NCBI GenBank assembly: GCA_945872355.1
Contig: CAMBZU010000007.1
Coordinates: forward strand, 184 to 64,183
Origin: Chitinophaga pinensis
GTDB taxonomy: Bacteria > Bacteroidota > Bacteroidia > UBA4408
Length of the DNA stretch: 64,000 bases
Reading direction: 5' to 3'
The notes below the pieces were generated by a model. The model made no database searches and was not told the DNA's origin. It saw nothing but the letters and a program-made list of their open reading frames with translations. Shown in pieces: positions 39,839-48,830 of this stretch (position 1 is its first letter; each line of letters begins with the position of its first letter). The position numbers and the translations under genes are program-made.

Positions 39839-40777
39839 TTACTTTACGTCTAATAATTCAACTTCAAAAACAAGTGTGCTAAAAGGTTTGATTGGACCTT
39901 GGTTCATCTCACCATAAGCAATACTAGATGGAATAATAAATGTAGCTTTACCTCCTACTTTCATCATTGGCAATGCTTCGTCCCAACCTGGTATTACTTC
40001 ACCTTTACCAACAGTAAATTCAAAAGGAGCGTATGTTCTTCCGCCACTGTGCATATTATTTTCTTTGGCAATTTTTTCGCTGTTTGTATCAAAAACGGTT
40101 CCGTCTAAAAGGCGACCTACATAGTTCATTTTTACTTTTTTGCCCATTTCAGCAGCAGTACCATTTCCTTTGGTTTTTTCAATATAGATAAGTCCACTTT
40201 CAGTTGGTTTGGTTGTAATTTTTTTCTCTGCCAAATATTTATCAAGTTCTACTTTTTCTTCTGCTTTCCTTTTGACAGCCTCTATTTCTGCAGCAGCCAT
40301 ACGCTCTTCACGCATTTTTTCTATCTCAGCCTTACTTTTTATTTCATCTACTTTAATAAAGAAGGTAAGCATACTTCCTTTTGCAATTTCTTTTGGCATT
40401 TCTTTCATACCAAAAGTTTTAATAAATAAAGAATCAGCACTTACAATAAAACTAGCACTATCTCCGGGTGATAACATTGCAAAACCTTCTTCAAGGCCTC
40501 CTTTAAATGAAGGTTTAGTAAGAGGCACAGGAACTTTTCTACCTTGTGTTGCAGAATTAAAAATGACACTATCCTTATCATTTTTATAAACCATATCCAT
40601 CATTAAAACATCTCCTTCAGCTGCTTTTTTACCTTTTTCATCATGTTTTATTAACTTGTAATATAAACCATCTTTAGTTTGTTCGTAACCAGGATATTTT
40701 GAAGTGTTACATGAAGAGATTGCAAGGGCTGATGCCAGAATGCTTGTTAAAGCAATTGATGAAAATTTAAAATTCAT
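39839..40777 (-). CDS. FKBP-type peptidyl-prolyl isomerase lipoprotein (degenerate N-domain plus canonical C-domain)
   Basis: Lipobox AISSCNT. The C-domain has YVGRLLDGTVFDT...GEVIPGWDEA...IPSSIAYG. Confidence 0.8.
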   Translation of the reverse strand: MNFKFSSIALTSILASALAISSCNTSKYPGYEQTKDGLYYKLIKHDEKGKKAAEGDVLMMDMVYKNDKDSVIFNSATQGRKVPVPLTKPSFKGGLEEGFAMLSPGDSASFIVSADSLFIKTFGMKEMPKEIAKGSMLTFFIKVDEIKSKAEIEKMREERMAAAEIEAVKRKAEEKVELDKYLAEKKITTKPTESGLIYIEKTKGNGTAAEMGKKVKMNYVGRLLDGTVFDTNSEKIAKENNMHSGGRTYAPFEFTVGKGEVIPGWDEALPMMKVGGKATFIIPSSIAYGEMNQGPIKPFSTLVFEVELLDVK

Positions 40778-41045
40778 ATAATATGGGTTTAAAAAATTGA
40801 AGGGCGAAAGTAATGATTATTACAATTAGGTTTAAGTTTTAATTAAATGCAATAATAAAATTAACAAATATTGTGGTGCGCAGCACAATATCCTTCTGAA
40901 ATACAATCCTTTAGAGCAAATTTCTTGCTGAAATATGACTGGTTGTATCTGATACCAAACTATTGTTTATGCCCTATACTGCAGCATTTGCAGAAGGAAG
41001 TCACTTTATTTCCGAAACGGTTAATTCATTGCTTTTTTTTCAATA

Positions 41046-41152
41046 ATAAAAACAACGCGCAGCTGGCAAGTGCTAACAGCATGTTTGCGCTAAATGCTGG
41101 TTCATTGTAAATTTTAAAGTTCAGCTTTTCATTTTAAGTTTGTAATAGGCTT
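41046..41152 (+). repeat. 107-bp direct repeat, copy 1 (flanks the TA module)
   Basis: Aligns without gaps to 41790..41896, with 8 mismatches by manual count. Confidence 0.9.
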
Positions 41153-41259
41153 GAAGTGAAATGATTCACTTTAGCGCACATCGCTTACAGGCAAATACTT
41201 AGCTGAAACCATCAATGAAAAATACGTTGAACTGAAGTTTATTGTTTAGCTAAAAATTG

Positions 41260-41267
41260 TATCTTTG
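41260..41267 (+). promoter_or_regulatory. Bacteroidota -7 box (TATCTTTG)
   Basis: TAnnTTTG match 27 nt upstream of the antitoxin ATG. Confidence 0.4.
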
Positions 41268-41293
41268 TTGGAGTCAAAATTAACCTGAAAGAA

Positions 41294-41518
41294 ATGGAAA
41301 GTATAACAGTTTACCCGAAAAATGAGAAGCAAAAATCCTTGCTGAAATCTTTATTGGAGGAAATGAAAGTTCGATTTGAAATTGCAGTCTCTAAGGATGA
41401 AACTTTATTAAGTAAAAAAGATTTTTTTGCTAAAATTGACAAGTCGATTACCCAGGCTGAAAATGGAAAAATGAAACCATTGTCCAAAGACAAACAAAAG
41501 GAATTTTTAGGACTATGA
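41294..41518 (+). CDS. Putative antitoxin (small acidic/basic protein upstream of the YoeB-like toxin)
   Basis: 74 aa. ATGA overlap with the toxin gene. The MESITVYPKNEKQKSLLKSLLEEMKVRFE pattern is common upstream of RelE-superfamily toxins in Bacteroidota. Confidence 0.65.
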   Translation: MESITVYPKNEKQKSLLKSLLEEMKVRFEIAVSKDETLLSKKDFFAKIDKSITQAENGKMKPLSKDKQKEFLGL

Positions 41519-41793
41519 GCTATTCAATTGAATTGACCAATAATGCTGAAAATGATATTGAAAAGTTCAAAAAATCAGGAGACAAAAAAGTTTTACTAAA
41601 AATTGACAAATTATTGGATGAATTGCGTGAGCACCCTAAAACAGGAACAGGAAAACCAGAACAATTAAAATACTATGATACACCAACTTGGTCAAGAAGA
41701 ATAACAGACAATCATAGGTTAATATACAGAATTCAAGAAGACAGAATTGTAGTGTTAGTTTTATCCTTTTGGGGACACTACGGAGATAAATAA
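41515..41793 (+). CDS. Txe/YoeB-family (RelE superfamily) toxin
   Basis: GKPEQLKYYDTPTWSRRITDNHRLIY closely parallels E. coli YoeB [26 protein letters not shown]. The C-terminus has H.Y (WGHYGDK). Confidence 0.85.
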   Translation: MSYSIELTNNAENDIEKFKKSGDKKVLLKIDKLLDELREHPKTGTGKPEQLKYYDTPTWSRRITDNHRLIYRIQEDRIVVLVLSFWGHYGDK

Positions 41794-41896
41794 AAACAAC
41801 ACGCAGCCGGCAATAGCTAACAGCATGTTTGCGCTAAATGCTGGTTCAGTGTAAATTTGAAAGTTCAGCTTTTCATTTTAAGTTTGTATTAGGTTT
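41790..41896 (+). repeat. 107-bp direct repeat, copy 2
   Basis: It starts at the toxin stop codon (41791-41793); see copy 1. Confidence 0.9.
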
Positions 41897-41991
41897 ACAG
41901 CTTCTATTCCAAAGCCAGCAAAAACATTAGGCCAATTATTCTAATAATTACACCAGCTAAGCAGCATATGATTTAATTAAATGCAAACTTT

Positions 41992-42555
41992 TTATTTCAA
42001 AATTAAACGATCTAACTCAAAACGTTCTCTCACATTTTCTTTTACTCTTAATGGTTCCGGCAAAGTATTAATATCACCCGGATAACCAACTGCCATAATC
42101 ACTACAGGTACGAGTGCATCATCAATTTGAAATGTGTTTAGCACCTTTTCAATATAAAAACCTCCTATTGTATGTGCTTGCATAGCTAATGATGTGGCTT
42201 GAAGCGCCAATGCCATATTTGCCGCACCTGTATCATATAAATGATGCCTGTATTCTTTGCCTGTATTGGTTAATTTTTGGGCTAAACTTATAATTAACAA
42301 TGGTGCCTTTGATGCCCATGATTGGTTTCCTTCCATCAAACAATCAAGTATTTTTTGAAATTTAATTTCATCACTTTTAGTGGCATAAATATATCTCCAT
42401 GGTTGATTATTGCTGCTACTTGGCGCCCACCTAGCTGCTTCAAACAATGAAGTAATATCATCCATTGATGGAATAGTATCATTAAAGGCACGGATACTTT
42501 TACGTTTCTTTAAAATTTCATTTCCTTGGTAATTCGTTAATTCAGTTTTTTTCAT
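41992..42555 (-). CDS. Nitroreductase family protein
   Basis: RKSIRAF motif, WAPSSSNNQPW; 187 aa. Confidence 0.85.
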   Translation of the reverse strand: MKKTELTNYQGNEILKKRKSIRAFNDTIPSMDDITSLFEAARWAPSSSNNQPWRYIYATKSDEIKFQKILDCLMEGNQSWASKAPLLIISLAQKLTNTGKEYRHHLYDTGAANMALALQATSLAMQAHTIGGFYIEKVLNTFQIDDALVPVVIMAVGYPGDINTLPEPLRVKENVRERFELDRLILK

Positions 42556-42563
42556 TGCTATTT

Positions 42564-43283
42564 TTATAAATTCATTGGAACTTCCATTAATAATACTTCT
42601 GATTGTTGCATTGCTGAAATTTCAACATTTTCTATATCCCATAAACCAACTGCATCTCGCTTGTGTAAATTGTAATTATTGTTTATTTTAAGTGCTCCAC
42701 TAATTAAAAATATATAAACACCATTTCCTGCTAGCTGAATTTTATAACTTAGCAATTGCCCAGCATCAATTGTGGCCATTTGAAAAAATGCATCTTGATT
42801 AATATTCATTCCAATAGGGTTACCGTCTGGAGAAATTACTTGATGAAATTTGTTTTTTCTATCTGCTGGGATGAGTTGAATTTGATTATACCTTGGTGTA
42901 ATATTTCTCACTTTTGGAAACAACCAAATCTGCAATAAATTGACTTCACAATCTGAATTAGGATTATACTCTGAATGAGTGATACCTGATCCCGCACTCA
43001 TCATTTGAATTTCATTTTCCTTAATTCTACCAATATTACCCATACTATCCTTATGCTCTAAATCACCCTTCAAAGGAATTGTAATAATTTCCATATTATC
43101 GTGAGGATGCGTGCCAAAGCCCATTCCAGCAGCAACAACATCATCATTAAGTACTCTTAATACCCCAAAATTCATTTTTTCAGGATTTTGCCATGATGCA
43201 AAACTAAATGAATGATGCGCATTCAACCAACCGTGATTTGCGTGACCTCGCTCTGATGCATAATGTATGACTGACTTTCCCAT
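42564..43283 (-). CDS. Pirin family protein
   Basis: Cupin metal site GFGTHPHDNMEIITIP...HSE; 239 aa bicupin. Confidence 0.88.
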   Translation of the reverse strand: MGKSVIHYASERGHANHGWLNAHHSFSFASWQNPEKMNFGVLRVLNDDVVAAGMGFGTHPHDNMEIITIPLKGDLEHKDSMGNIGRIKENEIQMMSAGSGITHSEYNPNSDCEVNLLQIWLFPKVRNITPRYNQIQLIPADRKNKFHQVISPDGNPIGMNINQDAFFQMATIDAGQLLSYKIQLAGNGVYIFLISGALKINNNYNLHKRDAVGLWDIENVEISAMQQSEVLLMEVPMNL

Positions 43284-43553
43284 AATTTAAATTTTATTTT
43301 TTATGACATTCCTTGTATGAAAATATTTAAGGCCAAAGATCTTATTTTTAACTTGTATTACTGCTGCTGACCTTAAATAATTATAAAGCTGCAATATTAG
43401 AAAAAGTCCTTGATGTAAAATCGTCAATAGGTCAATTTTTATATCGATAAATTTACAAGGATGCTATTTATATTGATAAAAACACCTTCGATAAATGTTT
43501 AATAAATAATTAAAATAAATTTTAAATTGATAATACCTTGAACATTAATTAAG

Positions 43554-43561
43554 TATTTTTG
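43554..43561 (+). promoter_or_regulatory. Bacteroidota -7 box (TATTTTTG)
   Basis: TAnnTTTG match 26 nt upstream of the ATG at 43587. Confidence 0.4.
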
Positions 43562-43586
43562 CCTAGTATTAAACAAATAAAAAAAT

Positions 43587-44063
43587 ATGAGAATTATTTA
43601 CATGCTGCTATTTGCAATTTCACTAACACCAACAATTGGCTTTACAAATTCAAACATTAATTTTGATCAACAAAATAATTTTACCTTAAATCCAAACCAA
43701 ACTGAAAAATCGTTGAATAATGCCTTAGTGCAATTGGCCGAAGGAATTAATCCCAAATCGTTTAATAAATCATGGAAAACAGAAGGGCCAGCTTGGTTGG
43801 ATAAAGTGAAAGCCGCCAGTGATATTCCCACATTAAGTATATCCTATTTGATGCTTGCCGAAAATATTAAACCTAAACTTTTTAAACCATCTTGGGAAAA
43901 AAGCAAAGAAAAATGGGTTAAACAAGTTAAGGAAGCCAGAAGTAGCTTAGCGCTTGCCGGATTACTTAAATCATTTTACAATCATCTTTTGCCAGAAACT
44001 TTTACTAAAGATTGGTCGAGTATAGGCTCACAATGGGTTGAGATGCTCAGCAATATTGAATAA
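43587..44063 (+). CDS. Small secreted protein with three W-x7-W repeats, function unknown
   Basis: Signal peptide, then three repeats: INPKSFNKSWKTEGPAWLDKVKAA / IKPKLFKPSWEKSKEKWVKQVKEA / LLPETFTKDWSSIGSQWVEMLSNI. Confidence 0.55.
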   Translation: MRIIYMLLFAISLTPTIGFTNSNINFDQQNNFTLNPNQTEKSLNNALVQLAEGINPKSFNKSWKTEGPAWLDKVKAASDIPTLSISYLMLAENIKPKLFKPSWEKSKEKWVKQVKEARSSLALAGLLKSFYNHLLPETFTKDWSSIGSQWVEMLSNIE

Positions 44064-44102
44064 AAACTGATTCACTTTTTTCACATTTTAAATTGCAGTA
44101 CC

Positions 44103-46913
44103 ATGCTAACTCGTAACTACAAAAAAATATTACTTATCACAATTTGCTTCATTTGCAGCCAATTTAAGGATACCAAAGCTACTACTTACAATATTGATTT
44201 AACATCAGCGCACGAAGCTGGTGTAATTATTATTAAGTTAAAAAGCAACATGCATGAACAATGCGAATTGCATAGGATTAACAATCAAAAATTGAATGAT
44301 TGTTTAAATGGGATGCGAGCAGTGCTAATTTCTAAAAAATTTCCGCTCCATAAAAAACCCTTAATGGATAATGACAAATATGGTAAGGCATTGGTTGATT
44401 TATCTTTGATTTACGAAATTAGAGTTCAAACACATCAAGATTTACAAAAAGCAATCAATAGTTTAATGGCCACAGGACTTGTTGATTACGCTGAGCCACA
44501 TTATATTCAAAAACTATTGTTCGCGCCAAATGATCCATCTGTTTCGGTTCAGTATTACCTCAATAAAATATTTGCTTTGCAGGCCTGGGATATAAGTCAA
44601 GGTGATACAAATATTGTTATTGGTGTTACAGATACTGGCACTGATTTATTTCATGAAGATTTAATCAACAGTTTGAAACTAAATTATCTTGATACTATTG
44701 ATGGAGTTGACAATGACACTGACGGCTACACCGATAATTATTATGGTTGGGACTTAGGCGAAAACGATAATACGCCGCAATGCAATGCAAATTTTCATGG
44801 ACTACACAGTGCAGGTATTTCAAGCGCTACTGTTAACAATAACATAGGTATTGCTGGTGTTGGTTTTAAAGCGAAGTACTTACCAATTAAAATTTCTGAT
44901 GCTAATGGCACTTTAAATACTTCTTATGAAGGCATTGTATATGCAGTTGACCACGGTTGTCAAATAGTAAATTGTTCATGGGGTGGCACAGGTGCTAGTC
45001 AATTTGGACAAGACATTGTAAACTATGCGGCCATTAACGCAAATGCTTTGGTTATTGCTTCAGCAGGTAATAATGGCGATGATGTTTTATTTTATCCAGC
45101 ATCTTATAACAATGTGTTGAATGTGGCCGCAAGCGATCAACTAGATCATAAAAAAGCAAATTCAACCTACGGCATCACCATCGATGTTTGTGCTCCAGGA
45201 GAAGATATACTTTCTACATGGCTAAACAATACTTATGTTGCTTCTGGCGGAACTTCAACTGCAGCACCTGTTGTATCTGGAGCTGCGGCTATTGTTAAAA
45301 GTCATTTTCCAAATTATTCTGGCATTCAAATAGGTGAGCAATTAAGAGCAACGGCCGATAATATTGATACAGTAGCATTTAATGCGCCTTGGGCAGGAAA
45401 ACTAGGTGCTGGCAGAATTAATTTATACAGAGCCTTAACAGATACAAATGTTGTATCGATAGTTTTAACAAACAGCAATGTAACCGACAACAATGACAAT
45501 GCTTTTGTAGTAGGCGATACATTAATACTTACAGGTGAGTTTACAAATTACCTTGCACAAGCGAATGCTGTAGCTGTTAATATGAGCTGCTCTTCCGCTT
45601 TTATAAACATGATTGACAGCACAATTAATTTAGGCAATATGACTACCCTTCAATCATTAAATAACAATTCAAATCCATTTAAAGCAACTATACTGGCAGG
45701 AGCGCCAATAAATGCACCCGTTGAATTTAAGCTTACAATCACTGACAATGCAGGCCACACCTTTGTAAATTATATTGCAATTGTTATAAATGTTGATTTT
45801 ATAAATATCAATATTAACGAAATTGCCACAAGTGTAACGAGCAAAGGAAATATTGGCTTTAACAACAATGCCTCACAAGGTTTGGGCTTTGTATATAACA
45901 ATAATAATTTATTATATGAATCTGGTTTTCTTGTTGGAGCCAGTGCAACAAGGGTTTCTGACCGTGTTCGCGGAGTTGCAGGAAACGATGTTGATTTCTC
46001 TTCCATTGTAAATGTTTCAAGAATTATTCCTGGCATTTTTTCAGAATTTGATGTAGCAGGAAGTTTTAATGATGCCGGTGCATTAGCCAATTCAATTCCT
46101 GTGAAAGTAATTCAAAATGCTTATGCATGGAGTAATCCTGGCAATACAAAATATGTTATTTTTAAATATAAAATCATTAATACTGGCGCTGTTCAATTAG
46201 ACAATCTTTATGCAGGTGTTTTTGCCGATTGGGATATTATGAACAGTAATCTTAATAAAGCTGCTTATGATGCTCCCAACAAAATGGGTTATTGTTATAG
46301 CACACAAACAAATGGATTGTTTGCAGGTATAAAACTACTTAGCAATACCGCTCCTGCAGTTCATTATGCCATGGATAACACTTCAGGCGGTGGTGGTGGA
46401 ATTGACCCAACTGGTGGAATTTCTACTGACGAAAAATTTACAGGAATATCAACAAATAGAACCAATGCAGGAGGCACTGGTAGTGGCAATGATGTAAATC
46501 ATTTTGTAAGTAGCGGTCCATTTATTTTAAATCCTAATGATACTGCTGAAGTGGCATTTGCTTATATCGCTGGCGACAGCCTTATAGACCTACAAAATAG
46601 CGCTGCTGCAGCACAAATTAAGTATGATAACAATCCAATTATTGTAAAAAATATCATTTTAAATGAACCAATTTTTAGCTTGTATCCTAATCCAGCAAAT
46701 GATATATTAAATATTGTAATTGCTAAAAATGATTATACAAATTACACCATAAAATTATTTGATATTCAAGGCAATGTGATGAGAGAAACAATTGGTAATA
46801 AAAATAATGAAACGACCAAACTTTCCTTATTGGGCATTCAAAATGGAGTTTATTTTATTCAAGTAATATCAGGAACCAAGGTAAGAACAGAAAAATTTGT
46901 ATTGGCTCGTTAG
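44103..46913 (+). CDS. S8 family (subtilisin-like) serine peptidase with T9SS type A C-terminal sorting domain
   Basis: Catalytic D (VIGVTDTGTD), H (HGLHSAG) and S (GGTSTAAPVVSG). The C-terminus is LYPNPANDILNI...GVYFIQVISG...FVLAR. Confidence 0.9.
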   Translation: MLTRNYKKILLITICFICSQFKDTKATTYNIDLTSAHEAGVIIIKLKSNMHEQCELHRINNQKLNDCLNGMRAVLISKKFPLHKKPLMDNDKYGKALVDLSLIYEIRVQTHQDLQKAINSLMATGLVDYAEPHYIQKLLFAPNDPSVSVQYYLNKIFALQAWDISQGDTNIVIGVTDTGTDLFHEDLINSLKLNYLDTIDGVDNDTDGYTDNYYGWDLGENDNTPQCNANFHGLHSAGISSATVNNNIGIAGVGFKAKYLPIKISDANGTLNTSYEGIVYAVDHGCQIVNCSWGGTGASQFGQDIVNYAAINANALVIASAGNNGDDVLFYPASYNNVLNVAASDQLDHKKANSTYGITIDVCAPGEDILSTWLNNTYVASGGTSTAAPVVSGAAAIVKSHFPNYSGIQIGEQLRATADNIDTVAFNAPWAGKLGAGRINLYRALTDTNVVSIVLTNSNVTDNNDNAFVVGDTLILTGEFTNYLAQANAVAVNMSCSSAFINMIDSTINLGNMTTLQSLNNNSNPFKATILAGAPINAPVEFKLTITDNAGHTFVNYIAIVINVDFINININEIATSVTSKGNIGFNNNASQGLGFVYNNNNLLYESGFLVGASATRVSDRVRGVAGNDVDFSSIVNVSRIIPGIFSEFDVAGSFNDAGALANSIPVKVIQNAYAWSNPGNTKYVIFKYKIINTGAVQLDNLYAGVFADWDIMNSNLNKAAYDAPNKMGYCYSTQTNGLFAGIKLLSNTAPAVHYAMDNTSGGGGGIDPTGGISTDEKFTGISTNRTNAGGTGSGNDVNHFVSSGPFILNPNDTAEVAFAYIAGDSLIDLQNSAAAAQIKYDNNPIIVKNIILNEPIFSLYPNPANDILNIVIAKNDYTNYTIKLFDIQGNVMRETIGNKNNETTKLSLLGIQNGVYFIQVISGTKVRTEKFVLAR

Positions 46914-46950
46914 TTTGAAATACTTTTGTAAACTTTATTTTGGCAACTAA

Positions 46951-47050
46951 TACCAATGTGATTTATAAATTATGCCAATAATTTAAAATCTTACATTGGT
47001 AAATGCCGATCGGAAAAAAGTTTGGGCTATTACTTATTTCACATCGGTAT
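46951..47050 (+). repeat. MITE/REP-like intergenic element, copy C (short form)
   Basis: Same termini as copies A and B, but it lacks about 24 nt between two TTTGGG direct repeats. Confidence 0.8.
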
Positions 47051-47260
47051 AAATTATTAAATGGGGAAAATATAGTAGCGCAAAAGAAGCTGTTAAAGTA
47101 ATAAAGCGCATTTACATAGTATTTGTGCATGCAATTGGAACTAAGCCAACAGTTTTGTTTTTAGCACTTGTAAAATGAGCAGCTTAGTTATTGTAAGTTG
47201 AAATAATTTCTTTGAGTACCTATGGTGAGTGGCCGCTGGCAATTTTACCTTAATATCATT

Positions 47261-48010
47261 TTATTGATGGAAATACTGTTTGATTTTACCTAGTGGTTTT
47301 CTAATTAATGTGAACAGCCCTGGCTTTAAACCATTAATTTCCCAAGCTTTTCTATCTTCACGATTGGCTTTAAACCTGTTTTTAAAACTAACATTACTTT
47401 GACCACCAACACGCATATTTACAATTAACTTAGGCAAATAAGCTACTTTAATTTCATGCTTATGAATAAACCTCAACATTAACTCGTAATCTGCCGAAGA
47501 CCTTAAGCTCAGGTTAAAACTGCCATATTTTTGGTAACAATGTTTTTTGACAAAAAATGTAGGATGGGGCGGCATCCAGCCTTTTAAGAAATGTCCTTTT
47601 TTATAGGGACCGGCTTTCCACTTTCTAATAATTTTGGCATTATCAAAGCGATCAACATAATTCAAATCGCCATACACTGCTTCGGCATTGGTAGATTTGA
47701 ATACTTCAACAACTTTACTTATAACATCAACACTTGCATACATATCATCAGAATTTAATGCCACCACAATATCGCCTGTAGCTTTTAAAATTCCTTTTGC
47801 AATTGCATCATAAATTCCATTGTCTTTTTCTGAAACAACAAGGTCAATATGCTCTTTATACTTATTTACAATATCGAGCGTATTATCTTTAGAAATTGCA
47901 TCAATAATTATGTATTCAATATTTTTATAATCTTGATTGATCACAGATTTGATGGTATCTTCAACGGTTGCTGCACTATTAAATGTTACGGTTATAACGC
48001 TAACTTTCAT
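47261..48010 (-). CDS. Glycosyltransferase family 2
   Basis: VSVITVTFNSAATVEDTIKSVINQDY and NSDD motifs. Confidence 0.85.
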   Translation of the reverse strand: MKVSVITVTFNSAATVEDTIKSVINQDYKNIEYIIIDAISKDNTLDIVNKYKEHIDLVVSEKDNGIYDAIAKGILKATGDIVVALNSDDMYASVDVISKVVEVFKSTNAEAVYGDLNYVDRFDNAKIIRKWKAGPYKKGHFLKGWMPPHPTFFVKKHCYQKYGSFNLSLRSSADYELMLRFIHKHEIKVAYLPKLIVNMRVGGQSNVSFKNRFKANREDRKAWEINGLKPGLFTLIRKPLGKIKQYFHQ

Positions 48011-48019
48011 TTTCTACAT

Positions 48020-48580
48020 TTATTCATTAACTTCTCTTTTTCTAATGGCTTGTGCTGGATTTCCTTGATAAATAGTATATGCATCTAATTGTTTTGTTGC
48101 CACGCTGCCAACGGTTAATAAAGAATGACTTTGGCAAGTTACTCCAGGGCAAACTACTGTTTGTGCACCAATCCATGCACCTTCTTCTATAATAATTTTA
48201 CCAACAATAAGATCAAATGTAGATTTTTTGTAGTTATGATTTCCACATAAAAGCATAGCTCCTTGCGAAATGCAAACATGATTACCAATGATTACATCAT
48301 CTAAATTATCTATCCAAACCCCCTCTCCTATCCATGAATGATTACCAATAACTAAACGCCATGGGTACTTAATGTTAACTGCTGGTTTAATAACCACGCC
48401 AATGCCAATTTTTGCCCCAAAAACACGCAGCAAAAACACTTTAAAACCACTATAAGGTAGCCATCTTGATGTAAAAAAAATAACATTAGTAAAGTACCAA
48501 AGAAGCATTTTAGGTTTAGCGGCACCTGACCTATACCAATTATTACTAAACAGATTTAACTTCGTTTTATTTGATCCCAT
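48020..48580 (-). CDS. Hexapeptide-repeat acetyltransferase (WcaF-like)
   Basis: N-terminal hydrophobic segment plus left-handed beta-helix repeats (IGNHSWIGEGVWI..., IGNHVCISQGAML, EEGAWIGAQTVV). Confidence 0.75.
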   Translation of the reverse strand: MGSNKTKLNLFSNNWYRSGAAKPKMLLWYFTNVIFFTSRWLPYSGFKVFLLRVFGAKIGIGVVIKPAVNIKYPWRLVIGNHSWIGEGVWIDNLDDVIIGNHVCISQGAMLLCGNHNYKKSTFDLIVGKIIIEEGAWIGAQTVVCPGVTCQSHSLLTVGSVATKQLDAYTIYQGNPAQAIRKREVNE

Positions 48581-48596
48581 AATTGCGTTTCGGATA

Positions 48597-48604
48597 CAAA
48601 TATA
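48597..48604 (-). promoter_or_regulatory. Bacteroidota -7 box (TATATTTG on minus strand)
   Basis: 17 nt upstream of the ATG at 48580. It is one of a divergent promoter pair in a 250-bp spacer. Confidence 0.4.
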
Positions 48605-48795
48605 AAACAGCTTGACAATAAATCAGCATTAACTTACAATTGATGGTGAAGTTAATTTTAAAAAATTACTTAGTACCTTAAAATAGCTGCTAAAAGCTAA
48701 CATTAAGCAGCTGCATTATTTCTCATAAAAGGCTTTAAAAAATCAACTTTATGGTTTTACTGTTTGCTTAATGCATAAAAATACATGAAGAAACT

Positions 48796-48803
48796 TATAT
48801 TTG
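48796..48803 (+). promoter_or_regulatory. Bacteroidota -7 box (TATATTTG)
   Basis: 28 nt upstream of the ATG at 48831. Confidence 0.4.
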
Positions 48804-48830
48804 TACCAATTAATAATAATACAACTTTTT

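Noticed and set aside
40871-41110. A 79-aa plus-strand ORF in the FKBP-TA spacer.
   Set aside because: It has a TTG start inside a palindrome, a Cys/Phe/Leu-rich low-quality translation, and runs into direct-repeat copy 1. It has no promoter box and is likely non-coding.
41046-41896. Calling the 107-bp direct repeats bona fide integron attC sites (a CALIN).
   Set aside because: I could not find the RYYYAAC ... GTTRRRY outer pairs or a full-length imperfect palindrome. The only good stem is 8 bp, far shorter than an attC. No intI is in the window. The idea is kept as a hypothesis to test, not as a call.
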